A stretch of DNA of 43,559 bases from Candidatus Thorarchaeota archaeon (GCA_016840795.1 JAEORS010000001.1:1-43559), one strand, 5' to 3'; shown: positions 8,719 through 17,847, numbered from the stretch's first letter. Program-made: numbers and translations. Notes: generated by a model from the sequence alone, not told the origin.

Positions 8719-11622
8719 TTACTCAAGGAACAATGAAACGCGGCCGGGCAATGCAAAGCGCGCCTTGTTGTCAGGGTCATAATCAGTCTTCGTGGAATCA
8801 TGGACGTAGATGGTCATGCCAACTTCGGATTCGATGTATTTCGCTGACTCTTGCAACGCAGCTAGCTCGTCCTTTGCAGTCTTTGAATGGTCCCACAAAC
8901 CGTTCTCTTTTGCTATTCTGTCAACGATGCCTTTCACTTGTTTTCCGTGTTTCCTGAACTCCTTGTCCGACATCAGATGCTTCATTATGTCACTCACAAT
9001 CAGCGACAGTTCAGCTTCCCGTATACTGTTCATTGCCACGAACATCCATTCCGGTGCAACATACAGATGTGCCTTGGAAGGTTTCTTGCCTTTCAGCAGT
9101 TTTGCAATCTCTCTGATGTCACGTACTGTAGACTCTATGACTTGATGCTCAACCTCGGCATACGAATCAATCAATTTCTTGTCAACCTTCGGCCACTCTG
9201 CCAAGGTAACATAGCCTTCACGCTTCATCTTCGACCAGATTTCTTCACATGCATGGGGTGCCAATGGAGCCATCAGTCGAACCCACAAATCACAGACATA
9301 TCCCATGGTTGCGTCGCGCTCTTCTTTGGGAACCTCCGCACGTTTCAGGTAGTGATTGACAACACGAATCATTTCAGACGTGACAGTGATGGCATATTCT
9401 CGGATTCTGAAATTCTCTAGAGAGTCAGTGCATTCTTGAGCAATCGAGTTTGCTTTGGAGAGTAGCCATCTCGTCATGGCTGTTGGACTGTCTTTCTTTG
9501 TGTATGCCTTTGGTATTCTAGTAGCATACTTCACAAGCAAATCATTGAATTGACGTAGGCGGTTCCCAGCTGGGGGGACATCGCGTTCACGCCAGTCCAT
9601 GATATTTCCTGGCTCAGCGCCAGAAACAACGTAGATTCTGTAGACATCTGCTCCGTATTTCTCAGGAATCTCAACCAACGGTATTACGTTCCCCTTACTC
9701 TTGGACATCTTCCTGCCTTCCATGATGAGATCTTGGTTCAGACTTATACACTGAATCCAGTGCTTCTTAGGGAAGATGGCCACATGATGGAAGATTGCAA
9801 AGCTCAAGTGATTCGAGATGTGGTTTGTAGAGGTGTGCCGCTGATCATTTGGGTACCAGTACAGAAACTCGTCCCTCATAGTCTTCAACAGAGCTTCAGA
9901 GATACGGGTTTCGTCGGCTACGTTCTCTGCTTTGCCCATGCCTAAACAGACGTAGTCAAAGAAATCGCCAGTCAACTGCTCTGGTTTCAGCCTATTGTCG
10001 GCGATATGGTGTGCAATAGTATAGAAGGCCATGTAGATTGTTGAGTCTGACAGAGATTCAATAATCCACTCCTTGTCGAAAGGTAGGAAAGTGCCGACTC
10101 CTCTCTTTCGAGCACATGGTCTCTGTGCCAGCCAGTCAAAAGTCGACTCGAACAGATTCCTGAATATGTCTGGGACTATCTTCATTTCGTTGAGTGCGAC
10201 CCAGGCATCATCCTTCCAACCAGGGCTCTCATAGTCCAGGAACCACTGTCCAGCGAATACTCCGACTTGAACATCAGTTCCACACTTGCAGACTACTGGC
10301 CTCAAATCTGGTTCATAGAAGACATCCACACGGTTAATTGACCTCATCCACTCAATCACGTCTTCCTTGACGTCTTTGATTGCACGACCGGAGAACTGCC
10401 CACAGTTATCCTTCATCACACCCTCATAGAACTCAGCCTTGTAAATCTCCTGAGTGGCATCTTCCAGCTTTTCGGCCTCGTCCTGTCGCTTGATGTTTCG
10501 ACTCTCGACAGCATCCTTTGCTGGGAACTCGCTGTAACCTTTCATCTCGATCATACTGATTATTCTAATAGAACGGACCTCATCGGCAGATATCCCAAAT
10601 TGGTCCAAGCCAGAGGGGTCGTCCCAAAGGTCACGCAGGGCGATATAGTCGAAAGGAGCATGCCCAGGAACAGAATAGACTACTCCAGAAGCATTATCAG
10701 TGTCTACGAATTCTGCAGGTAGGATTAGGACCTCACGATCGTCATGGATTGTCATGAATCTCTTCCCGATGATCTTCGAGCCTGGGAAGGTTTCTAGGAC
10801 CTCAATCTCCTTGGCCTGCAGTTTCAGTTTCTCAGCCGCTTGACGTGAGATGACCCATTTTTCATCTCCAACTTTGGCCCAAACGTATTCCGCAGTAGGA
10901 TGTATCCACATGTTGGTGACGCCGAAAATGGTTTCCGGTCGAAGCGTGGCTGCAACCAAGAAGCCGTCCTCAAAGGGCCACTTGATGGCTGTGAACTCCT
11001 TTATCTTGGCGTTCTCCCCCTTCAGCAGGTCATCCTCACCAACAGGGTTCTCGTCATTAGGACAGTATAACAGAGGATAGTTCCCTTGCTTGAGGTAGCC
11101 TTTCTCCATGAACTTGTGATACTGCCATGTGATGAACTGATTGTAGGTAGCGTCACCGGTTGTGAAATGTCTTCGCCAATCTATGCTGTATCCTAGTGCC
11201 TCGAAATCTTCGTGGATGACCTTGGCGAAGAACGCCGCAGTTGCCCAAGCATCAGTGAACTTTGCGAGCTGTGCCTCGACTTCATCTTCAGTATCGAAAT
11301 ACAAACGCAAGTCCCGCTTGTATTTTTCAATGGCAACTGGGTCACCAGCCTTGATTCTGTCAACCATGCCTTGCACTGGCGTACCAGTCATGTGCGATGC
11401 CATGGGGAATAGTACGTTGTAGCCACGCATGCGTTTGTACCTAGCGAGTACGTCGCCAACCGTATAGGTTCGACCATGACCGACGTGAAGAGACCCGTTA
11501 ACATATGGATATGGAACCGTCAAGAACCACTTTTTTCTCTTGGGGTCCGGATCGGCCTCAAACACTCGATCCTTCTTCCATCTTTTTTGCCACTTCTTCT
11601 CTATCTTGGCGAATTCACTCAT
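8719..11622 (-). CDS. leuS: Leucyl-tRNA synthetase, archaeal/eukaryal type
   Basis: Contains the HVGH (HIGH) motif, KMSKSKGN (KMSKS) and a large CP1 editing insert. The start is set at the ATG (MSEFAKIEKKWQKRW), downstream of the TATA-like element. Confidence 0.95.
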   Translation of the reverse strand: MSEFAKIEKKWQKRWKKDRVFEADPDPKRKKWFLTVPYPYVNGSLHVGHGRTYTVGDVLARYKRMRGYNVLFPMASHMTGTPVQGMVDRIKAGDPVAIEKYKRDLRLYFDTEDEVEAQLAKFTDAWATAAFFAKVIHEDFEALGYSIDWRRHFTTGDATYNQFITWQYHKFMEKGYLKQGNYPLLYCPNDENPVGEDDLLKGENAKIKEFTAIKWPFEDGFLVAATLRPETIFGVTNMWIHPTAEYVWAKVGDEKWVISRQAAEKLKLQAKEIEVLETFPGSKIIGKRFMTIHDDREVLILPAEFVDTDNASGVVYSVPGHAPFDYIALRDLWDDPSGLDQFGISADEVRSIRIISMIEMKGYSEFPAKDAVESRNIKRQDEAEKLEDATQEIYKAEFYEGVMKDNCGQFSGRAIKDVKEDVIEWMRSINRVDVFYEPDLRPVVCKCGTDVQVGVFAGQWFLDYESPGWKDDAWVALNEMKIVPDIFRNLFESTFDWLAQRPCARKRGVGTFLPFDKEWIIESLSDSTIYMAFYTIAHHIADNRLKPEQLTGDFFDYVCLGMGKAENVADETRISEALLKTMRDEFLYWYPNDQRHTSTNHISNHLSFAIFHHVAIFPKKHWIQCISLNQDLIMEGRKMSKSKGNVIPLVEIPEKYGADVYRIYVVSGAEPGNIMDWRERDVPPAGNRLRQFNDLLVKYATRIPKAYTKKDSPTAMTRWLLSKANSIAQECTDSLENFRIREYAITVTSEMIRVVNHYLKRAEVPKEERDATMGYVCDLWVRLMAPLAPHACEEIWSKMKREGYVTLAEWPKVDKKLIDSYAEVEHQVIESTVRDIREIAKLLKGKKPSKAHLYVAPEWMFVAMNSIREAELSLIVSDIMKHLMSDKEFRKHGKQVKGIVDRIAKENGLWDHSKTAKDELAALQESAKYIESEVGMTIYVHDSTKTDYDPDNKARFALPGRVSLFLE

Positions 11623-11674
11623 CTGTGATAACCTCTTGAACCTAGGCAACTGGAGGAGCCGTGACCAGTATCCT

Positions 11675-11681
11675 CTATAAA
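11675..11681 (-). promoter_or_regulatory. Candidate TATA box (TTTATAG on the minus strand) for leuS
   Basis: It lies about 53 nt upstream of the ATG at 11622. The longer TTG-initiated ORF would begin upstream of this element. Confidence 0.35.
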
Positions 11682-11894
11682 GGACACGCAAAAGAAGACT
11701 ATGCTAGCGGTCGAGAACGCAATCCATCCTGGCTCACTCTATGGATGTCACATATGGCTCCCTTATTAGAGCTTTGGCTCAGCCCAGTTGACCATACAAC
11801 TCATAGCGCCGATTCACTTGACCTTCAAGGACTAACGCGAGATGGCAACCGCAAGAGATAGAGTAAAATCTCGTGCCCGCTGGCATTAGCGACG

Positions 11895-12554
11895 ATGCAA
11901 ACAGATTGGATGCGTGCGAAGACTTCTCAGTACATAGACATTCATGGAGAACTCTATCCATACGATAAGGTATTGTCCTTCTTCGAAACTGTCGAGAGTG
12001 AGTTTGATGTCTTGAGGTATTGTAGCGGAGCAAACGCAGCAGCAAGATGGATCTTCCAGGTCTACAATAGGGAGTTCATTCAGGAGCTTGCTGACCTAAT
12101 CAACGAAGCCCTGGCAATTCTTGGCGACTCGAAGCCTGTTCTGGAGGTCATGGGCGGGGACGGAAGGCTGTCAGAGTTCCTCAAGGCCCAAGTGGGTTCT
12201 GAAATAATCTGCACAGACTCAAGACAGGGTGGATATGACATCGCCTATCCCAAATGGGTGTTACAGTTAAGTGCTCTTGAATCAGTTGAGAGGTTTCATC
12301 CGTCTCTGGTGATTATAAGTTGGGAGCCCTTTTTCTCAACTGCTGGTCAAAACATTGTAGACATGGGTATGCCAACAGTTTGGATTGGTGATAGGGAACA
12401 TTGTGCAGTTCACTCAGAGATGTTCAGTAGTCCTCACATCAGGATGAACTCAGAGTTCGCCCTTGGAAGAAAGGACTCTTTCATTAGTGGAGAGTTCAAG
12501 ACTGACATCTATCTTTTCAACTGGCCAGGCATGATAGATGGGCAGGGTGTATAA
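11895..12554 (+). CDS. Hypothetical protein, possibly with a class I SAM-methyltransferase-like fold
   Basis: 219 aa. VLEVMGGDGRLSEFL resembles motif I, and IICTD and LVIISWEP resemble later motifs. The assignment is weak. Confidence 0.45.
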   Translation: MQTDWMRAKTSQYIDIHGELYPYDKVLSFFETVESEFDVLRYCSGANAAARWIFQVYNREFIQELADLINEALAILGDSKPVLEVMGGDGRLSEFLKAQVGSEIICTDSRQGGYDIAYPKWVLQLSALESVERFHPSLVIISWEPFFSTAGQNIVDMGMPTVWIGDREHCAVHSEMFSSPHIRMNSEFALGRKDSFISGEFKTDIYLFNWPGMIDGQGV

Positions 12555-12634
12555 GCGGCCAGAGCCCCAGCGTGTTACACTACTTCATATTCGACACAGA
12601 GGAATAGTCCCATCACTCCTGAGAAGGTCTCCAA

Positions 12635-13576
12635 ATGGTGAAACCGACGGTTGATGCCTTGGACATCGATCCAAAGACAGGGACCACACTGGGATTCTAC
12701 ACCTTTGGTCAGGAACGCCCAAACATCATGATTGTCTCTGGTATGAACGGCCTATCCGCGACCGATGTTTATGCCAACTATCTAACACTGAGGCATCTTC
12801 AGGATCTCGCTAGAATCAGCGGGTCAGTAACGCTACTCCCAGTTGCGGGCCCGCTCGCATTCAGACTTGGCACCAGAGTATCGCCATTAGACTCGAAGGA
12901 CCTAGATAGTGTCTTTCCTGGTGATGAGCACGGCACGATAACCCAGAGGGTTGCTTGGGAGATATGGCGAAGAGTGTCTCAGGCGGACGCAGTCATTCAT
13001 CTGAGAACGGGAACCCAAGCATGTATCAGTCACGTGGTGGCACTGCATCGCGAGTACATACACGTTAGGAATCTTGCTTCGCAGATTGCGTTACCAATCG
13101 TGGCCCAGAGCCTAGGGCAGAGAGGGGCACTCTCTACTGAGGCGGCCCATGAGGGTATTCCAATCGTCACCATAGAGGTAAGGGGTGATAGAAACAACAC
13201 AGACACTCAGGCGGCGGTAGAGGTCAGAGAGGCAATCCTAAACTACCTCAGAATAAGGGACATGATTGAAGGAGAAAGCATAGAGGCATCAAGTGTCTTC
13301 ACAGCAAGGATGCGACATGTCAATGCAGATGGCGAGGGCTTCTTCATTCCCAAAGTGCTACTAGGGGAAGAGATACGAAGCGGTGATGTCGTCGGTCAGA
13401 TTCAGGACAAGTCTGACGTCACCTGTCCCTTCGACGGGACTGTTGTTTCGTGTAGTCGGATGTCATACGTGTTTGAAGGGGACTTGATTGCGAGAGTGGC
13501 AACGCCTCTTGTTGACATGCCGCTAGATACCGAAATGAGTTCAGAAACACCGCCTCCTCCAAGAAGGAAGTGGTAG
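12635..13576 (+). CDS. Succinylglutamate desuccinylase/aspartoacylase (AstE/AspA, M14-like) family protein with degenerate metal ligands
   Basis: 313 aa. It has the family layout (IMIVSGMNGLS..., LLPVAGPLAF, LDSVFPG, C-terminal GDVVGQI barrel), but the usual GxHGxE reads GMNGLS. Confidence 0.6.
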   Translation: MVKPTVDALDIDPKTGTTLGFYTFGQERPNIMIVSGMNGLSATDVYANYLTLRHLQDLARISGSVTLLPVAGPLAFRLGTRVSPLDSKDLDSVFPGDEHGTITQRVAWEIWRRVSQADAVIHLRTGTQACISHVVALHREYIHVRNLASQIALPIVAQSLGQRGALSTEAAHEGIPIVTIEVRGDRNNTDTQAAVEVREAILNYLRIRDMIEGESIEASSVFTARMRHVNADGEGFFIPKVLLGEEIRSGDVVGQIQDKSDVTCPFDGTVVSCSRMSYVFEGDLIARVATPLVDMPLDTEMSSETPPPPRRKW

Positions 13577-13685
13577 TGGGCCGTTAGTGGATGGTGTCAA
13601 ATCCTCCATGTGCCTATCGTTCGAGCCTATTGTCTCATATGACAAGAAGGATCCAGTATCTCTCTAGGACCAGGGTAAGATTGGC

Positions 13686-14279
13686 TCAGTGCCCTTGCCT
13701 TCTGAGGACCGGAACCATAAAGCCGGCCTTCTTGCGATATTCTAGATACTCTTGGCCATATTGCAGCAGAAGCTTTCTCTCCTCCAGCCAGGCGCCGACC
13801 AAGACATAACCGATTAGTGACAACGCGAACACGAGTACGTTTGTAAACGGATAGACTGCAGCCATGCCCAAGAGAAGCAAAATGGTGGCAAGATAGAGCG
13901 GATGACGAATTCGTGAGTATATTCCGTCCGTCACAAGCTGTGGTCTTCTGTCAGTGCGCATGTCAGCCACAGTACTAACGGAAATTGCCTGTGAGGCCTT
14001 TGTAGATACTATGAGTCCCAATGCAATCAAGATGACGCCAGGAAACAGAAGAACTGGTTGTACTGCTTCAGGGTTGGTCAAGAAATATAGCCACCCCCAG
14101 AAGTTCATGCTGAAGAAAGCCAAGGCAACGGTAAGGATGCTCGAACCATTGAATAGCCTAGCGTATCCGACCTTGCCCCATCGATCGATGATTCTCCCTT
14201 TGACTCTCAAAGCAGAGAGCCCGCTGTGTTGTAGTCCAAATAGAAGGACTGAGACGATAATCAATAGTTGCTCAACCAA
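13686..14279 (-). CDS. Membrane methyltransferase of the ICMT/PEMT-like family
   Basis: 197 aa with multiple TM segments and the motif GIYSRIRHPLYLATILLLLG...EERKLLLQYGQEYLEYRKK. A GGAGG SD lies 7 nt upstream of the TTG start. Confidence 0.7.
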   Translation of the reverse strand: MVEQLLIIVSVLLFGLQHSGLSALRVKGRIIDRWGKVGYARLFNGSSILTVALAFFSMNFWGWLYFLTNPEAVQPVLLFPGVILIALGLIVSTKASQAISVSTVADMRTDRRPQLVTDGIYSRIRHPLYLATILLLLGMAAVYPFTNVLVFALSLIGYVLVGAWLEERKLLLQYGQEYLEYRKKAGFMVPVLRRQGH

Positions 14280-14367
14280 TGAATGTCCTCCTTATGCATT
14301 ACAGAAATCTTATAAGATTTGGAGATGCCTATTAACAATAGTTAATTTACGTCTTAAAAGCATTGAG

Positions 14368-14943
14368 ATGATTGACATGATCAAGAACCCATTTACGCCA
14401 ATAGTCCTCAGCGAGGACATAAAGGCCAAAGTGAAAGAAGAAGATGAGAAGAAAGAAGTTGATGCCAAGAGATACTGGATTCGATACAAGATAGGAGAAT
14501 CCAGTGACATTCGCTATGTCGATGGTGGAGAGGATGATATTGGCTCTGTGGAGGACAAGACAGTCTTCCTAGTTCCGTCAGTCCACAGAATGGAGGGCGA
14601 TCCCTTCCATTATGATGCGTCAACAACAGAGAGAGTCAGTGGGAGGGACCGCATTGATGCCGGAATCCAACTACTGAATCGGCATCCAGCCTGCGATTCT
14701 CATGAGATTGTAGAAGTGACTTATGAGAGTCCAGGAGTAGAGTGCTGTGCCATGACCAAGGAAGAAGCAGACAAACAGAAAGTGCCGATACAATACATTG
14801 CCGGATACCTTCTGGGCCGCTCGGATGGGCTGGTAAAGGTTGCTCTCTCAAAGACGGTCGTTGATGAATCCGACTACACCTACTTCGACAACATACGCAT
14901 CATTCCCGAAGCTGTGATTAAGGAACTGAATTGTCTAGAGTGA
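14368..14943 (+). CDS. Hypothetical protein
   Basis: 191 aa after trimming the 13954 ORF, whose 5' part is antisense to the methyltransferase gene. I recognised no motif. Confidence 0.5.
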   Translation: MIDMIKNPFTPIVLSEDIKAKVKEEDEKKEVDAKRYWIRYKIGESSDIRYVDGGEDDIGSVEDKTVFLVPSVHRMEGDPFHYDASTTERVSGRDRIDAGIQLLNRHPACDSHEIVEVTYESPGVECCAMTKEEADKQKVPIQYIAGYLLGRSDGLVKVALSKTVVDESDYTYFDNIRIIPEAVIKELNCLE

Positions 14944-15128
14944 GCAGATGGTATCTGATTCACATCAGCAATGGTCAATAAGACACGGCGGGCGTCCATA
15001 GTATCTCCCTATCTGTCCGACCCCACACGGTCAGGTATCTATTCGTTATCGACGTCCGCCAACCATCTGAAATCCCGTCCTAGTCAATTGAACTAAGGCG
15101 GAGTACACAATTTCACCGATGCTTAAAC

Positions 15129-15134
15129 TTATAT
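15129..15134 (+). promoter_or_regulatory. Candidate TATA box (TTATAT) for TFB-1, implying a 5' leader of about 90 nt
   Basis: This is the only strong A/T box in the 14944-15249 spacer and lies about 116 nt upstream of the ATG. Confidence 0.3.
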
Positions 15135-15249
15135 TGGGATATAACAGCGCTTCGGGACACATTCCTCTCGGAGTGTAGTTTTGCACCACCGTGTTGCGCC
15201 CACTATTCGTGAGGCCAAATCCGAGAGACAATCTGCAAGGTGAACATTA

Positions 15250-16194
15250 ATGGCGAAACCAGTCCGCTCGATGACCGGCCGTGACAGGGGCACAAACGTA
15301 TGTGCAATATGTGGTGGCAATGACTTCTATCAGGACCTTGCTAGAGGAGAGAGTGTATGCACAACGTGTGGTTGTGTAATCAATGAGAGACATATCGATT
15401 CGGGCCCAGAATGGAGAGCATTCACTTCTGAGGAAAGAAATGCTAGGGCACGAACTGGCTCCCCGATGACCCTCACCATGGCTGACAAAGGGCTCGCAAC
15501 AACAATAGGCTGGAGTGACAGAGATGCCAACGGCAGAGCAATCGCTGCAAGTTCACGCGCCGCAATCTACCGGATGCGTAAGTGGCAGATTAGAACTCTT
15601 GTTCACAGCTCTCAGCACAGAAACCTGAGTATTGCAATGAGTGAGATGGATAGGCTCACATCCCAGCTGGGAGTGCCAAATGAAACCAAGGAAACAGCAG
15701 CCCTTGTCTATAGGAAGGCCCTTGCAAAACGCCTTGTCAGAGGGCGCAGCATCGAAGGAATGGAGGCCGCGACCATCTATTTGTCTTGTAGAATCCACAA
15801 GATACCCAGGCAGCTTGATGAGATAGTCGCCGAGGCTAGAGTTAACAGGAAGGAACTAGGTCAGTGTGTGAGGCTCATTCTACGACACGTTGACGTCAAG
15901 GTTCCAATTCCTTCGGCAAACGACCTTATGCCGAGAATATCCTCAGATCTGGGACTCGACGGTCAGACTGTCCAGACAGCAATGAGTATCATCAACGATG
16001 CTAGGAGAGAGGGGATAACGGCTGGCAAAGACCCCGGTGGTCTTGCAGCAGCAGCACTCTACATTGCTGGCATAATCACAAGCGACAGGCGGACACAGAG
16101 AGAGATTGCTGAGGCCTCAAACGTGACTGAGGTCACTGTGAGGAACAGATACAAGGACCTGGCCAATAGCCTGGAGATTACAATCAAACCGTAG
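15250..16194 (+). CDS. tfb: Transcription initiation factor IIB (TFB), paralog 1
   Basis: N-terminal Zn ribbon (CAICGG...CTTCGCV), B-reader/linker (DSGPEWRAF) and two cyclin repeats (RGRSIEGMEAATIYLSCR, GKDPGGLAAAALYIAG). Confidence 0.95.
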   Translation: MAKPVRSMTGRDRGTNVCAICGGNDFYQDLARGESVCTTCGCVINERHIDSGPEWRAFTSEERNARARTGSPMTLTMADKGLATTIGWSDRDANGRAIAASSRAAIYRMRKWQIRTLVHSSQHRNLSIAMSEMDRLTSQLGVPNETKETAALVYRKALAKRLVRGRSIEGMEAATIYLSCRIHKIPRQLDEIVAEARVNRKELGQCVRLILRHVDVKVPIPSANDLMPRISSDLGLDGQTVQTAMSIINDARREGITAGKDPGGLAAAALYIAGIITSDRRTQREIAEASNVTEVTVRNRYKDLANSLEITIKP

Positions 16195-16196
16195 TA

Positions 16197-16245
16197 GTGG
16201 GAGTGACCCACTGCTGCGTTTCACTTCTTTTCAGCAGATTCTTTT
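16197..16245 (+). terminator. Possible terminator: a GTGGG-AGTGA-CCCAC hairpin followed by two oligo-T tracts
   Basis: It lies directly after the TFB-1 stop, and T-runs are the usual archaeal termination signal. Confidence 0.25.
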
Positions 16246-16275
16246 GTGGGATGACCATACCTCTCCTGACAGCTA

Positions 16276-17040
16276 ATGGACCAATTCTTGCTAGCCTTAT
16301 GTGGAATACCCGCCTCGGGCAAGTCGGCACTGGCTTCTGTCATTGTTGCGCGGTTGACGAAAGAAACGGACGTAGTGATTGTCAGCACAGATGACTGGCG
16401 CGACGACAAGTACTACGCGGAATTCAGCCCTGATAACGAGAAGAGAGTTAGACGGGCAGCGCTCGAGAAGACAGAGAAAGCGATTGGAGAAGGAAAATCC
16501 GTCATCCACGATGACACAAACTACTATACAAGCATGCGTCACGAACTCTATGAAATAACGGTGCGAAGAGGATGTAGCTTTGCCACTGTTCACATTTCGA
16601 CACCAGTGGATGATGCGCTCTCTAGGAACACAGAGAGAGGCTCCAACATTCCTGAAGAAGTCATCCTGAGAATCAATGAGAAACTCGACGTTCCGGGCGA
16701 CAGATACGCTTGGGACAGTCCGATAGCGACTGTAGACCTTGGGGCTCACACACTTGATGATGCAGCAGACGAGATTGTTGAGAGGTTGAAGACGCTGGAG
16801 CCAAGTTCAGAGATCCAAGAAACTCAAGATAGTGGTGCCCGGAGTAGACTGGTGGACGTTATCACAAGGCAGGTCGTGGCACGCTTTCTGCAGGAGAATC
16901 CCACTTACAGAAACGACCCGAGAGTCACGAAAGCAAGACGAGAGGCATTGGCAAGATCCAAGGCCGAAGGGCTCACACCTCACGAAACAGAACAGTCACT
17001 GGTGGAAGACTTGGGAGCTCTAGTGGAGGACGAGCGATAG
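16276..17040 (+). CDS. pstK: O-phosphoseryl-tRNA(Sec) kinase (PSTK)
   Basis: 254 aa with a P-loop (LCGIPASGKS) and the PSTK-characteristic DDTNYYTSMRHELY motif. It sits 18 nt from the tRNA-Sec 3' end. Confidence 0.85.
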   Translation: MDQFLLALCGIPASGKSALASVIVARLTKETDVVIVSTDDWRDDKYYAEFSPDNEKRVRRAALEKTEKAIGEGKSVIHDDTNYYTSMRHELYEITVRRGCSFATVHISTPVDDALSRNTERGSNIPEEVILRINEKLDVPGDRYAWDSPIATVDLGAHTLDDAADEIVERLKTLEPSSEIQETQDSGARSRLVDVITRQVVARFLQENPTYRNDPRVTKARREALARSKAEGLTPHETEQSLVEDLGALVEDER

Positions 17041-17058
17041 AGAGTGCAGCAAGAAGAA

Positions 17059-17149
17059 TGGCGGCCTCCTAAGAGAATCGAACTCTAATCGCTTGCACGA
17101 TCATGGGTTTGAAGCCCACGGAGCCGGACCACCGACCCAGTAGGAGGCC
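17059..17149 (-). tRNA. tRNA-Sec (anticodon UCA) with genome-encoded CCA
   Basis: Folded by hand. Acceptor GGCCUCCUA/UAGGAGGCC (9 bp); CU linker; D stem GGGUCGG/CCGGCUC (7 bp, includes G-U pairs) with loop UGGU; anticodon stem CGUGGG/CCCAUG (6 bp) with loop CUUCAAA; variable arm AUCGU-GCAA-GCGAU; T stem AGAG/CUCU (4 bp) with loop UUCGAUU; discriminator G; CCA. Confidence 0.9.
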
Positions 17150-17173
17150 ACAGACTCCTCATATCAGATCAGG

Positions 17174-17180
17174 ACTTAAG
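17174..17180 (-). promoter_or_regulatory. Weak TATA-like element (CTTAAGT) at -25 to -31 of tRNA-Sec
   Basis: The call rests on position relative to the mature 5' end only; the sequence is a poor TATA match. Confidence 0.2.
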
Positions 17181-17196
17181 CTTGAGGGTCGAGCGT

Positions 17197-17847
17197 CTAG
17201 AGATATCTGGCTATGACCTCTTGTGTTTCCTTCTTCCACTCTATGCTCTTCTTCGCCAACTCGGTGGCGATATTGCCAGGAAGAGGCTCCTCACGGGGCA
17301 TGGATTCAATCCGACTTAGCCAACCCGAGGTCGTAAGCGGAAGTGACATCATGTCCTCCCCCTCGATGGCCTTGATCATCATCTCCCTTCCATGAGCCAG
17401 CTGGAAATAGACCGCACCCAAGGATGCCTTATTAAGTATCTCGAACACAAGACGGTCCCAACAGGTCTTTGCGACTAGTGCACGTCTGAGTTTTCCCTTG
17501 ATATCGTCAGGCAAGGCCTGATACTTCTTTAGAGAGTTTCCTGTAGACGTAGTTATCTCATCAATGTATTTCTCAAGTGCCGCGGGGTCTTCGCCCAAGG
17601 CGGTGACTTCAACCATCTTCTGGGCCTCCTCAACCGAGACGCTTACGTCAACCTTGTTGCCATCAATCTTGGTCGAAAATACAGCCTTCCCCTCAAAGAT
17701 CTGACTCTCAGCTTCGCTGTATTCGTTCAGAAGGACGCCGGGCCGGGAAGCAACGGCGTACCAAACGAGTCTAAACACAACTGCAGACTCAGGGATGTCG
17801 TAACCGAGGGTCTTTTTGATCTCAGTTCTGTCACCAATCTCTGCCAA
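17197..17847 (-). CDS. Uncharacterised 216-aa protein encoded between SepSecS and tRNA-Sec
   Basis: The ORF has a strong GGGAGGG SD 8 nt upstream of a TTG start. It begins 32 nt after the spcS stop and ends 47 nt before tRNA-Sec. I recognised no family motif. Confidence 0.7.
   Translation of the reverse strand: MAEIGDRTEIKKTLGYDIPESAVVFRLVWYAVASRPGVLLNEYSEAESQIFEGKAVFSTKIDGNKVDVSVSVEEAQKMVEVTALGEDPAALEKYIDEITTSTGNSLKKYQALPDDIKGKLRRALVAKTCWDRLVFEILNKASLGAVYFQLAHGREMMIKAIEGEDMMSLPLTTSGWLSRIESMPREEPLPGNIATELAKKSIEWKKETQEVIARYL

Noticed and set aside
13954-14367. The 5' part of the 329-aa plus-strand ORF 13954-14943.
   Set aside because: It runs antisense through the well-supported ICMT-like membrane methyltransferase gene and has low-complexity, non-protein-like composition. 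I trimmed the CDS to the ATG at 14368, downstream of the A/T-rich divergent promoter region.
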